A stretch of 63,188 nt of DNA, filler included, from Globobulimina sp. (taxonomy: Eukaryota), in assembly GCA_003354225.1 (NCBI GenBank). It is 39 parts of 39 records of this genome, joined end to end, with 100 filler letters (N's around TTAATTAATTAA, not from the genome) between each part and the next. Parts side by side here need not be neighbours in the genome. Positions count along the whole stretch, not along the records: positions 11,363 to 12,885 come from PIVH01015333.1; positions 12,986 to 14,508 come from PIVH01015334.1; positions 14,609 to 16,131 come from PIVH01015335.1; positions 16,232 to 17,754 come from PIVH01015336.1; positions 17,855 to 19,377 come from PIVH01015337.1; positions 19,478 to 21,000 come from PIVH01015338.1; positions 21,101 to 22,623 come from PIVH01015339.1; positions 22,724 to 24,246 come from PIVH01015340.1; 31 more parts are not named here. One strand, written 5' to 3'. The stretch's first letter is position 1; every line of letters begins with the position of its first letter. Position numbers and translations under genes: made by a program. The notes under the pieces were generated by a model, which was not told the DNA's origin, searched no databases, and was given only the letters and a program-made list of their open reading frames with translations. Positions 11,423-25,121 of the stretch are shown here, one piece after another.

Positions 11423-12809
11423 TCAACAAAAATGCTGATAATCTCTCAGCAAATAATAATATACGCGATCATAAACAGTGAGATAATCTTTGTCACTACA
11501 ATGAGTACGATGTTTTTTCCAATGCACTTTCTGACATTTCCGATTACAGTATGATGCAATTCTGCATTTCTTGCATCTTTTCATTCGCTTTCTTATTTCT
11601 CCACAGTTAAAACATGTATCATACCAAAAATCTCTGTCTTTTGACGGTATTGATTTCCCCACACTTTTTATTTTATCAATTGCATGCTCAATATATGATT
11701 TATTCGAAGGATATGCTTCCGAAAATATTTCCAAAATACAAGAATCAGCGTTTACTTTGACTGATTTCTTTAAATATTTCAATGCTTTCTTATATTTTCC
11801 ACAATGAACCAAAAAAATTCCATAATATCTAATAAGTGCAGGATCAAAGGGATTATGCTTCAGAGCTATTTTATACAAATAATTTGCCATTTTATAGTCT
11901 GCTTTTCCGAAACTTAAATGAATACAAAATGTATACAACAGCACATTTTTGTCAATACACAGTGCAGAACAACAATCTTTACATTCAAAATTTCTCTGTG
12001 CAAATATTTTCAACATTGGAGGTATAAAATATTTGTATGCAGTCATCGGTTCTCGTTGACAAATTATATGATAATATCCCATATATCCATAAATATCGTA
12101 TAACTCTACAAAAGCTGATGGAGCTCTTTCTGCGTTTTAATATTATCAAAATCAACACAAAATATGTCAAAATAATATATATATATATATACACAAAACC
12201 TCTTCCTCTTTGCCAGCATTCTAACAGATTCTTAGCATTTTTTACAAAATTAGAAAAACAATCTGATGGAAGTCTAATTCTTTGATTCATATATAAATAT
12301 ACAGCGTTATTAAATAGCATCAATCGCAATTTACGAATGCCATTCTTGTCATTTTGACGAACATCAATCGATCCTTTGGGGATTTGAGACTGCAGTAAAT
12401 TTACCACCATACACTGTGGAGCTCTGGAACGAAACAATAAAAAACAACATGTTCGAAGAGTACATATATTCAACTCGATATGTGTTGAATTCATTATTCT
12501 CCACAATGCCTTGTAATATCGAATAGCATCCACAAATTTATTGTTGCTGTAACTCATTTGAATTAATCGGCATAATATCAACACATAATGTTTTGGGTTA
12601 GACACACGATCAATGTGATTCAATGATACTTGATGATACAAATAACAGTCGTTTATTTTTTTGATCTTTAGTTGGTTCCATGTTAATGACGCCCAGACAA
12701 GGGTTAACCTTTGAGAAAATATATGATGTGGTGTTATGGGAAGATCATCCTCATCTTCGTCAAAAAATTCGTGACTGCCATAGCAAATTGATGTGCACGT
12801 GCAAGACAT
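11423..12809 (-). CDS. TPR-like and MYND zinc finger protein (intron 12130-12199)
   Basis: C-terminal CFNC...CKKCRIASYCNRKCQKVHWKKHRTHC (zf-MYND), TPR-like helices, and an intron whose removal joins the two ORFs in frame. Confidence 0.85.
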
Positions 12810-12985
12810 GATACTTTACAAGAAAACGTTTTGCTGTAGATTATATGCCATTCCAAGCCGATGATGCTGCTATCACAGCTAAACCNNNNNNNNNNNNNNN
12901 NNNNNNNNNNNNNNNNNNNNNNNNNNNNNTTAATTAATTAANNNNNNNNNNNNNNNNNNNNNNNNNNNNNNNNNNNNNNNNNNNN

Positions 12986-14136
<1,151 letters not shown>

Positions 14137-14608
14137 AATTAAAAAACTATTTTTCTAATACTGAATGAAAATAATTATAGCACGGTTGGGTTGTTAAATG
14201 ATCCGAATTGCCGCGAATGAAAAAATATGAAGCTCAGCTGCAATTTGCAGTGAATGTTTTTACAATAAGCAATATGATGAAATTTTATTCCATTATTTTT
14301 ATCATATTGTTTTCTTGCATTTTTATTGTTTGTCTGTTATGATGAGTGTGATATAAATTACATTGTTGGCCTTCCATTTATTGCATGTGTTTTGCAGTAT
14401 CACTTTGTACAAATTCTTCAATTTTGGATAATGATACTTTAATAATATTAATTGCATCAATATGTGTGTATCTTGTATCAATATGTGTGAATTACATGCC
14501 TCCATATTNNNNNNNNNNNNNNNNNNNNNNNNNNNNNNNNNNNNNNNNNNNNTTAATTAATTAANNNNNNNNNNNNNNNNNNNNNNNNNNNNNNNNNNNN
14601 NNNNNNNN

Positions 14609-14887
14609 CCAAAAACAAAGGCATGTACTCCATGATCATGATCTTCTCCTTCTATTCCAGTAAACATAACCTCCTTTGAATCAGGAATATCGTCACCATT
14701 GGTGTCGGTGAACACAAATACGTTTGGACTTACAGAAACAATGATCTTGTTACCCAACACGGCGATACCCAAGGCCGAATTCACATCGGTGCCCTGGTAG
14801 AACACCTTTGAAGAATCGGCCTTGCCGTCGCCATTCGTGTCTTCCAATATTAAGATTCGATCTCCCTCGTCATCATAGGTATTATCA
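14609..14887 (-). CDS. Fragment of a bacterial PVC-type/membrane-bound dehydrogenase beta-propeller protein, fused in frame
   Basis: GDRILILEDTNGDGKADSSKVFYQG..SALGIAVLG..DHDHGVHAFVFG is typical of Bacteroidota/Planctomycetota proteins. Base composition is more GC-rich than the adjoining VWA sequence. Confidence 0.8.
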
Positions 14888-16131
14888 CGCAAAAAGCCAG
14901 TAATTAATGATTCCATTTCTGAGGTATTACTAATGATTTTAATTAAGTTTGGAAACAATGCGGGCTGTTTTTCATCAGTACCGGAGGGGCAAAAAAATAA
15001 ATTATCCCAAACTCGCACATTATTTATACTCTCTTGAATGCCATCACTAAACTTAATATTATCGTGATTTCCAACCCATTTTAATATTTTCAATTCTTCC
15101 ATCAATGACGCATCATTTAACTGCACCAAATTCTGTACCATATATTCAAAATATTGGTAATATTTCATCTTATTCCATTTTGTAAATAACTCAATGTCTT
15201 TTTGTGACGGATTATATTTTAATCGTAATTTCAAATAAAATTGAAGAAAATCCACGTGTCGTTTCAATAAAATCGCCTTTTTTATTCCGTTATTTTCCGC
15301 TTCATTCACTCTCATTTTACTAAAATCTTTCTTGAAACAAACCTCTTTATTCTGCCCATCCACGTCATCATAATTGATTTTTAAACGAACAATTTGATTT
15401 TTCCCAAAATCGCTACTTTTTAATTTTAATAAAATAACACCAGATCTTCGCTCACCGCGATAATTACACTGCGACGGAAACCGCGTGATCTGTCCACATT
15501 GTTTCTTATTCGCCGTCTTTGAAAAATTGCGCACTTCAAACGACCCAAAACCACCTACAATTTCATGCTCGGACAAAATGGTTAATTTCACATTCATCGC
15601 AATGGGCGTAACCATGTAACAAAATTCATAGTTGATAATTTCTACAAAATCGTCAGAATTTAAGACATTCGAATAATTACAGCCTGCGGTGGACGATAAC
15701 CGTGTAATTACACCATTGCTCAAATCCAAACCGATGCCGGTCACCGAGCTGTAAACCGACTCATTTGTGGCATATTTTGATACTAATTTGGTATATTCAG
15801 TGCCTTCACTCGTACTCACTTCCATATCGGTTAAAAAAAACAAACGTTTCTCGAATTTTTGCAGCGGCGGACAGTCCAACAACATTTTGCACGCCGTGTT
15901 GTATGCGGTGGTTATCACAGTACCGCCGCCAGAGTCTAATTTATTGATTTTCTCAATGATTTGAGGGATATTCGTATTTCCCCATTGTTCGATGTCGTGA
16001 ATAATTTTCGTTTCTGAATTGAACACAACGAGGCCAAAATAATCATTTTTCTGCAATTGATCTAAAAATTTAATTAATACTTTCTTCGCAATTGCGATTT
16101 TCGACATACTTTTGGTGTTTTTCCTGGAGCC
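14888..16131 (-). CDS. von Willebrand factor A domain protein (eukaryotic part of a chimeric ORF)
   Basis: SKIAIAK, FGLVVFN, SGGGT, FFLTD and VTGIG VWA motifs. Confidence 0.8.
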
Positions 16132-16231
16132 NNNNNNNNNNNNNNNNNNNNNNNNNNNNNNNNNNNNNNNNNNNNTTAATTAATTAANNNNNNNNNNNNN
16201 NNNNNNNNNNNNNNNNNNNNNNNNNNNNNNN

Positions 16232-17657
16232 TGCTGCAGACTGCGGTTATAAACATTGCTGCCAAAGCCCGGATTTCTTTAAATTAATAATGCCGAGTGG
16301 CGTTAAGATAAAACAGAAGACAAAACAGAAAAAAAAAGAGATCGAAAAAAGTCAATTAACTACAAAAGAAGCAAATAATGTTCGGTATGTTCAATATGTT
16401 AACACTTGCTAATTCCGATAGATTTTATGTATGACTGTCTTTGCTTTTGGTGTTGAATTTCCATTGTTGAGTCTCAAAGATAAGATTCAAAAACAAAAGC
16501 TTCAGTCAAGTACTTTGATTTCAATGAACCCTTTTATAAACTGCCATTAAAAGTCGTGTTTGAACTGCCAGTGACTGTTGCATGATTATTGTTTGTTGTT
16601 ATATAGATTTATAACTAAACTCCGTAATGTCATTGAAAGAATATTTGGGAAAATGAAAAAATGGAAACTTTTGTCTTCAAAAATGAGTATTCAATATGAC
16701 CCCTTAAAACTCCATGATATTTTTACAATTATTGCTTCTTTTCATAATGCGTTTACTCAATCTATGTATGCGAATTATGACAATATTGAAAATGACATTG
16801 ATTTTATGGTAGAGAGAAATATATTAAAAAATAATATTGAAAATGTTGAAGCCCGTTGCAAAACAGGTTGGAAACAGACACCAGCCACAAAATTAAATTC
16901 TGTTCCAGATTTTAATCAAGAAGATATCCGTCAACAAGCGTGTGGCCCATATGTATGTAAGTTAAGTGCTGGATATTTCCACCATGCTAAGAAAATAAAA
17001 TTCATGGCGCATCCTCATCATCCAGATACAGTAAGATGTGACGGAATAATATCTAGACATTCAAGAAATGATGCAGGTAAAAAACAATACAAAGTTTATC
17101 ATCGTTTTGGTGTGGAATTGCGTGATACAATATCTTATTGTACCTGTAAATCAGGCCAACGTACAGTTGGAATGTGTTCCCATATGACAGCTTCTTTAGT
17201 TGTTTTGTTACATGCATTGCATAGTGTAGAAATACCAGAAATCAATGTCCGAACTGAGAAGTATAGAAAACATTGTAAAGATAGTGCTAAAAATCTACAG
17301 CAAAGAAGAATTGGACGTAAACAAGCAAAACCAACAGTCATACCTACAATTGATGCCGCAATTATTACACCAACAAGCGATTCTGCAAACGAAGAAACAA
17401 TTCAACCACCAAATAATCCGCTTACATCAAGTTTTCCAGTATCAAACAATCCAGTAACACCTGCCAATTCCAGTCCAATCATCAATAATATTTGCAGTGG
17501 TTGTAACAGAGCAGGATCACATTCTATTTGTGCTGTCGAAGATTGTTATGGCGCTGTCTGCATGGTATGTGCAGGTTGGGTAGATGACCCAAGTAAATTA
17601 TTTGTCATATTCATAAACATTTTCGAGTACCCTCAGTGTCAGATAATATTGAAATAA
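16232..17657 (+). mobile_element. PIF/Harbinger-ISL2EU-type DDE (DDE_Tnp_4) transposase with C-terminal SWIM finger; intron 16385-16606
   Basis: ADCGY...QLTTKEANNVR|FITKLRNVIERIFGKMKKW, then YCTCKSGQRTVGMCSH. Confidence 0.85.
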
Positions 17658-17854
17658 ATGCTACATTGCCTAATTTCAGTACAATGCCTGTATTTAATAC
17701 AGATATAAATATACAACCTCCAAATACAAATAATTACAATTTATCAAATATTTTNNNNNNNNNNNNNNNNNNNNNNNNNNNNNNNNNNNNNNNNNNNNTT
17801 AATTAATTAANNNNNNNNNNNNNNNNNNNNNNNNNNNNNNNNNNNNNNNNNNNN

Positions 17855-19377
17855 CAAAGCGCAACCAGCAGACTTCAACGCGCAGCCTCCAGTGCCTTGT
17901 CCTTTGTCATGGATCCTGAATATCGGCGAGTATGCTCCAAACTGAATCCACCGTGTATTCTGCGCTAAATCTTGCGAATTTTGACTGCCATAAATGTCGT
18001 GCGACCAAGCAAACAATACATTGGCTGCGGTGGCTGTAAAGTATGTGTTGTACTGCAATGAGCTCCAATCGTGCACCTGATCGCCGCTAAAACCTGTGGG
18101 ATATCGATGATTTCCATAACCGCCACACCGCGCCAGCACCATATTTCGCACATTGCGCTGTTTCCGAATGTTATTTGTGCCGCGCACGTAGGATAAGATA
18201 AAGGTGGGTGTGATGTTGGGATTGAGATGAATGCCGTTCATACCCTGTTGCCAGTCGATCCACCATACGTCAAAGCCGTGAGCGAGTGGCGGGTTATTTG
18301 CATTGGGCGCCGGCTCAGAGATTGGCTCTAATGAAATTTCGTGTACTGCCATCATATAGGTTTCACTCGAGATGTTTGGTGGGATGTTTCTGTTCGTTGT
18401 CACACCCAATGCTGCAGCAGCTTGCTGGTAATAGGTCTCTATGGTTTGTATGCCGTTATCGTCATGGATATTGGCCGAGGTTCGCAAATTTTTGACTTGG
18501 TGGAACCAGGTTTGGGTTACATTTGGATTTGGAAATAAGAGGTTACTCCATGTGTAGTCACCCCATGGTGTGCTTATTTTGTTTAAATAGTGCCAATCCA
18601 TATCAATTACAGCTGAGATATATGGTTATCAGTTATTTATTAAATGATCAATTCGTGCAAAGAGATGTACCTAAATCTAATGGAATGGAACGCGATTCAT
18701 AGTCATTTATCATTCTCCGGTAACTATAGTCATTGTAATGGTACCACCGCGTATGTAAACTGCCCAAACCGTACCGTGGCATAAGCGGCACTGCACCGGC
18801 AATTAAGGTATAATCATAGATTGCCGATTTATAATTATTTCCATGACCAAAAAAATATAAATCCTGCGCATTGGCATTGGTGTTGGGTGAAAACCAGTTA
18901 TTATCCATCATTGTGGTGTTCGCATCGTCAATAACCGCATAACCATCCATACCAAACATTGACCATTGACAGTAAGGATGTTTGTATCCATTTAAGCCAT
19001 GACCATAATTTTGAGTGCAATTCAATGTGAAATCGCCATGTATCCCATCCAGTGCTAAAATAGTACCAAATAAATTGTTGCTCCATCCATTATCAATATT
19101 AACATCACCGGAGGGGCTATACGTAAATTGCAGATTTCCTACGTTTCCGTTGATGGTTAATGATGAGGCGGAAAATGCACCGCCGTGATAGGTTAATGTT
19201 AAATCATCGGTGGTAATCACAATTGTTGAACCGTTGGTGACACTAAATTTGGGAACTTCCGTGTCTCTGTTTACAAATATTCTGGATGCTCGATCTTCAA
19301 ATGTTGCGGATGGGTTATATTCCATTCTGATAACGTTGGCAGTTAATATTGTAAATCGTGCTTCTTTAGTTTCAACA
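17855..19377 (-). CDS. Glycoside hydrolase family 31 (partial; intron 18613-18670)
   Basis: IPLDLAVIDMDWH, WWIDWQQG nucleophile motif, HRYPTGFSGD, WSHDI and RWIQFGAYSPIFRIH. Confidence 0.93.
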
Positions 19378-19477
19378 NNNNNNNNNNNNNNNNNNNNNNN
19401 NNNNNNNNNNNNNNNNNNNNNTTAATTAATTAANNNNNNNNNNNNNNNNNNNNNNNNNNNNNNNNNNNNNNNNNNNN

Positions 19478-20168
19478 TTGATATAAATTCATTATTATAT
19501 GGCGGCGATGCCAACCGTTTCCATTCCAAATTTTTATTAAAATCCGATGCGTAAAACGCATGTTTTTTATAATCATCATTGCCATCGGTATTTAAGATGA
19601 ATAATCGTTGGAAATTATCATCAAATATTGCATTATACATAGCACCAACTGGCAAACGCCATAGGTTTTGAAGATAGGTTGCTTTCATGTGTTGTTTTTC
19701 AATTATTATTGCATCGATACAATCTGTAATATCAACGCCTGCCGCATCATCTTCGTCAGCTTGTAATGGAACAAATCCTCCCATATGAAAACATACGTGA
19801 TTTTGAGAGGGGATATTAAAATTAGCAACGACTTCTAATGGAAATTCTTTTTCATCCCATTCCTCAGGATATAAATGTTGAAAGTCAATTTTTTGAGTTT
19901 CTATTCTGTTATTACTGGTTATAAGATCATAATAATATAAATCTGCTTTATGGCCCAAATAGTTTCTTTCAAACACATCGCGATATTCATCTGCAGCTGG
20001 TTCAGGCTTTGGTACTGGTTCTAATTTGAGCAGAAAAAAAGATAATGTCAATGAAAAATAATCCATTATCAACAATTTGATTGGTTCGGGGCACATTTTT
20101 ACACTGAGTTTGTGATAGAAACCTGATACAAGTAATTCTTGATTCTTCCGTTTGAATAAAGACGACAT
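19478..20168 (-). CDS. Lineage-expanded protein with ELLVSGF/PxxIxxLI leader and probable beta-propeller (partial)
   Basis: Leader motif is shared with other ORFs in this window (e.g. 21296). Kelch-like beta strands and W at the end. Confidence 0.55.
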
Positions 20169-20215
20169 TTACTTTGTTATTAATTTTATAGCAAGGTTTT
20201 TTTTTGCTGTGCTTC

Positions 20216-20983
20216 ATGTGGTGGAATAAATTATTATTACTATTTTGCTTGCAACTATTGGTGGAAGTTGTATTATGTCAAAATAAATCTGTAACACATC
20301 ATACAGAGAAACCGAATCAAAGACATAAAGCAATAGAAATAGAACATTCTTTCCTCATTCATCTATACGATAATTATTTGGAGGTTGATATTACAATGAA
20401 TCCAAATCAAAAAACAGAATCGACAGTGTTTTCTGCTATTGTTACTGAACAAGATTGTATTCGAAAATATAAATTCAAATCATTGGACTTGTTATTGAGC
20501 AGAATAAAGGATGCAACCAATGATGATGTCGACGAATCCATTGCATCGTATAAAATAAAAGTAGTTAGCAATGATAAATTGGAATTTATCATCTTATTCA
20601 ATGGTGGAATTGACAGGGAACAAAAGAAGTTTTTAATGTATTTATTGAAAAATCCATCCGTATCACAGGAGGCAAAACTTATGGATCATTTACAAAGACA
20701 AATATATGACTTGAAAAGGAAAAATAAATTATTGAAATCTAAGATGGTGCCGACATATGCAATTGTAATGTGGTACCAATGTAAGCATATTCCGGCTGGA
20801 TATGTGTTATGTGATGGTACCAATGATACGCCTGATTTGCGTACAATGTTTGTGGTTAACATCGACGATTTGATTGATGATGAAGAGTTATGCAGTGATG
20901 GTTCAACATGTGACAGTGATGCGGGGCAATATGATATAACTAAAACATATTATGACCTGTGTTATATTATGCAAACTAAATAA
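20216..20983 (+). CDS. Secreted protein with coiled coil and C-terminal phage tail-collar-like motif
   Basis: Signal peptide MWWNKLLLLFCLQLLVEVVLC, coiled coil LQRQIYDLKRKNKLL, then AIVMWY..IPAGYVLCDGTNDTPDLRTMFVV...YYDLCYIMQ. Confidence 0.75.
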   Translation: MWWNKLLLLFCLQLLVEVVLCQNKSVTHHTEKPNQRHKAIEIEHSFLIHLYDNYLEVDITMNPNQKTESTVFSAIVTEQDCIRKYKFKSLDLLLSRIKDATNDDVDESIASYKIKVVSNDKLEFIILFNGGIDREQKKFLMYLLKNPSVSQEAKLMDHLQRQIYDLKRKNKLLKSKMVPTYAIVMWYQCKHIPAGYVLCDGTNDTPDLRTMFVVNIDDLIDDEELCSDGSTCDSDAGQYDITKTYYDLCYIMQTK

Positions 20984-21295
20984 TTCATGTGAGCCTTGAT
21001 NNNNNNNNNNNNNNNNNNNNNNNNNNNNNNNNNNNNNNNNNNNNTTAATTAATTAANNNNNNNNNNNNNNNNNNNNNNNNNNNNNNNNNNNNNNNNNNNN
21101 GTAGCATACTAACCAATTCTGATCATCTTATTGCCCTACACCTTATGTTTATCTATAATCAAGAAATTTGAAGCAATCTCAAAAAACATTTTTAGATCAC
21201 TAAACTGCTATATATGTGCTGTGATTTGTAAAAAAAAAATTGAAAAAAGTCAAATTTTGCAATTTCTATAACCATTTACATTTGGGGTACATCCA

Positions 21296-22368
21296 ATGTA
21301 CCCGTTAGATGATCAGAATTGGTTAGTATGCTACGATGGCCATAAACGCAGAAAAGAAGAAAATATGGTTATCGTTGCTGGATTCGTTCGAAATATTCAA
21401 ATTGGTAAACAACAACTTATCCCCTCAACAATCATTGATCTGTGTTGCAATTATAATTTTATAGATATGTCATCAATATTTGACAATAACAAATTGTGGT
21501 TTGATACATTATTAATTGCTAAAAATGCATGCTATGCTTATAATTTTTTATTATCTGAAGAAATTTGCCTGCAATTTATTTATCATAATCATGAAGAAAA
21601 ATGTGCATTTCATAATATTTTGGGTATGGTTTATGCGCGGATGAGATTAACAGAAAAAGCAGAAAACGAATATAAATTATCCATCCAATTAGCGCCTCAA
21701 ATGATATTTATTTGTGGAATTATTCAACTTTATTAAGGTACGTCGTATGATAATCAAAACACAAAGTTTTTATAAGTTGCAACATGTTTTTTTATATTAT
21801 ATCATAAGACAATTAAGTCGATATAAAGACGCTGCGTTGTTATTAAAACGAGCAATGGATATGTCACCAGATGATATTTCATATAATTTCGAATATGCAA
21901 AATGTTTGGAATTAACTGGTGATGAAAAATATAAAAATGAATATTTGGAAAAATATGAATCGATAACATTTATTTTAACATTAACGGCCGGCGGATCAAT
22001 AAATAAAAAATATCAAATTGGCGCCAAAAATCATTTATATAAAGCAATTTGTCATAAGATTTTGGATAATATGGAATCTTCAGAGTATGAATATGAAAAG
22101 TATTTGGATTGTATGAATTTATATTACAGCGTTTGCCAGATTGTTATATTTGCTGGAAAAATATGATGAAGCTTTGGTTATGATTGATACAGCAATAAAG
22201 AGAGGGAGGTCAAATCCATTCACATTTTATTATCATGCCTTAATTATGAAAATCAAGGGTTATTACAAATTGTCAAAGGAATCGTTTGAAAGAGCATTGA
22301 ATTTATCTGCACATTTTGTAAAATGTCAACAAGAATATCAACTCTTGTCTCTTGCTCAAAGACTTTGA
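21296..22368 (+). pseudogene. TPR-repeat protein, frameshifted (near 21700 and 22130); intron ~21738-21809
   Basis: TPR helices are split across three frames. One extra A in CCTCAAATG would restore LAPQNDIYLWNYSTLLR. Confidence 0.6.
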
Positions 22369-22519
22369 TCCATAAACTATTTATGCATTATATGTTTAAT
22401 TGTAACCACGGATATTATTTTGCAGTGAAGGTGGTCAGCTTGCAATACAATTAAATAACACTTAACAAAAACGCCTTACAATCAACAAATTGCCAGAAGA
22501 CTTGTGGTGTTTACCATTA

Positions 22520-22623
22520 GGGGTCTCCGATAAGTACTGATTTTTTTAAAAACCTGTCAAACAGCTACTAAATTTCCAATCAGTTCAATAAGTCCACCAT
22601 TTTTCAAAAGATCGTAAATCCCT
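22520..22623 (+). mobile_element. Terminus of a DNA element (GGGGTCTCCGATAAGTAC), preceded by TTA
   Basis: Shares its terminus with 2746-2812; similarity starts exactly at GGGG. Confidence 0.65.
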
Positions 22624-22723
22624 NNNNNNNNNNNNNNNNNNNNNNNNNNNNNNNNNNNNNNNNNNNNTTAATTAATTAANNNNNNNNNNNNNNNNNNNNN
22701 NNNNNNNNNNNNNNNNNNNNNNN

Positions 22724-24246
22724 AATCGATCACTTAATTCGGGTGCAATATTTTTCGCATTGCTCCATAATGGCTTCACAACATAATCAATAAAAGAAGT
22801 TTGTACTTTGGAGACAGCCGTGGGAGATTTATCAGTAATGAATGCCATCGATACTTTAAATTTTTGTTCTTTTTCTAATTGTGACTGTGCCACAAATTCA
22901 TCAATGACTCGCAATGACCATTCATGCGATTGGTCCCATCTCATGACAGGATTCGATAAATCACCCAAATGAACCAATGTTTCACTTAAAAATTGCTTAT
23001 CAGACTCATTTAAATTATTTAAATCCTTTTTTTTATTATTTAATTGCAATAATTGAGTCACAATATCTTGATGATAGGACATATCCGTATGTAATATAAT
23101 GCCAATCATAGATTTTCTCACTTTGTTCATTTCTTCGTTTGTTAATGCTGCCAATATCGCCAATTCAGGCTGCTTTAACAAGACAGAGCCAATGTGTGCG
23201 TGATGGTTTTCTAAAACGGATTTATCATTGTATCGCATGGCCAAATCGCTTCCACTGTTCACCTGATACGCATTGGTTAAGCCCGGATGTTCTAAATCAT
23301 GGCAAATGGCGGAAATAAATATGGTTAAAATCTCTAAGCTATCAAAATATTTTATCATTGAGGTTTGTTTTAATATTAAATAGGTTACGTGCATCACACT
23401 GAAAGCATGCAAAAAATTATGATATGGATTATCAAAATAATGTTTCTTGACTGCAATTAAAAAGGAATACAACTTATCTTCGGAAATATTAAATTTTTCT
23501 AATAATCCAAAATCATTAAACATGTAAACCATCATTGGAATGGCAGTCTGATAATCATCTTCCATCAATCTAAAATAGTCAAAATTCCAGGTACAAATAT
23601 TTTGACTGCGAATGTCATTTCTGATTCGTAAATACATTTTGGGTGAATTATAATTGTTAATATGCCTTCTTTTCGTAAATACTCTTTTTACAATGTTATA
23701 ATTGTCCTCATTGTGCATAAATTGTGATAAATAATCCCTCGATGACGAGTCTTGCAAACCTTGCGATATGATTCGCAATGCCGATTCCATGAATTTATTT
23801 TGTAGCGATGGTGCAGTTTCTTGAGCCATCTTATTCAATAAAATCAGATCAGTCTCACTGAAACATTCCTCATTTGCTTTATTTATGCATTCTAACGCTC
23901 CGATTATTTTATTGTTATATTTTATCGGAACGCAGATTATGGTTTTTGTTCTATAGTTGGTCTTTTTGTCCACGGACGGATTAAATCGCGAATCTTGATA
24001 CGCATCCATGATATTTAATGATTCGCCGCTGGTTACAGTATGACCGACAATGCCTTTATTGAGCGGCAAGCGAATACCCGCCACATCATCAGACGCATTA
24101 CACCATAATTCCTGTCTTATTTCATCCACCATAAACAGTGCCACTTTGTCGCATTTCACAGATTTATACACCGTTTTGCGTACTTTTTCAATTAAATTTT
24201 CGATGTTTATATTGCTATTATTATTACTCATTACTTTGGCTAATTC
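22724..24246 (-). CDS. GAF-domain class I cyclic nucleotide phosphodiesterase (partial)
   Basis: GAF motif (DAYQDSRFN..VDKKTNYRTKTIIC..INK..F..D) and PDEase motifs YHNFLHA, HDLEHPGLTN, LENHH and DLSN. Confidence 0.96.
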
Positions 24247-24638
24247 NNNNNNNNNNNNNNNNNNNNNNNNNNNNNNNNNNNNNNNNNNNNTTAATTAATT
24301 AANNNNNNNNNNNNNNNNNNNNNNNNNNNNNNNNNNNNNNNNNNNNAATTATTACACAAGAAATTATGTCGAAATTGGTATAACACTCAGACTAATTTTT
24401 CAACGGAACCTGTTCGGATTGCTTTGCATGTTTCCAGTTAACACATTTTATCTCTTCCATCTTTACATATTTCCAAACAGTCCGACATTGTATGCATGTT
24501 TTACATAACCCAAAAATAACAGATTCAAAAAAACAAAAACAAATTTTCCATATACTTTCATCAGTTTTGCGGAACAATTTGTTTTTGTTTACTTAAAATC
24601 TGAGTTTGTGGTTCAATGTAAAATGAAATAGCAAACCT

Positions 24639-25121
24639 ATGCAATATTTTGATATAATTACAACAGACAACGAACAAAGTGAGGCAATATTTGATGTGCT
24701 AAGTGCTACGACATTGCCATCATTAAATTGCCACTATGAACCCGACGAAATTATGCGTACAATGCATATCGATGAATGTAAGATTAATTTGCATGTAATC
24801 TCAACAAATAATAATAATAATTATGGCGTAATCAAGCCAATGATTAATATGATAATAATAAACGAATCCGATTCGCTGATACTCGTAAATAAGACATGCA
24901 AAATGTTATGGAATCGACGACAAAATATGAAAAATTGCATCATTGTTAAAATCCGAGATTCAATGCAAAATAAATCATGTCGTAATTGTAAAACCATCGA
25001 TGAATTGGCAAAATGTTATAATATGCCATGTATTTCAATATGCCTTCAAAATGAAAATACAATCAATAATTTATTTAATTTTGCAATTAAATACTATTGG
25101 TTCTGCAATATGGTGCAGTAA
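24639..25121 (+). CDS. Hypothetical protein, possibly a degenerate small-GTPase-like fold
   Basis: C-terminus (ELAKCYNMPCISI..NENTINNLF) echoes the Ras-family G5/alpha5 region. No P-loop seen. Confidence 0.35.
   Translation: MQYFDIITTDNEQSEAIFDVLSATTLPSLNCHYEPDEIMRTMHIDECKINLHVISTNNNNNYGVIKPMINMIIINESDSLILVNKTCKMLWNRRQNMKNCIIVKIRDSMQNKSCRNCKTIDELAKCYNMPCISICLQNENTINNLFNFAIKYYWFCNMVQ

Noticed and set aside
22111..22129. Possible 19-nt ultrashort intron GTATGAATTTATATTACAG that would restore the TPR frame
   Set aside because: The gene has another frameshift, removal shortens the TPR spacing further, and well-supported introns here are 56 nt or longer. Decay is more likely; RNA-seq would settle it.
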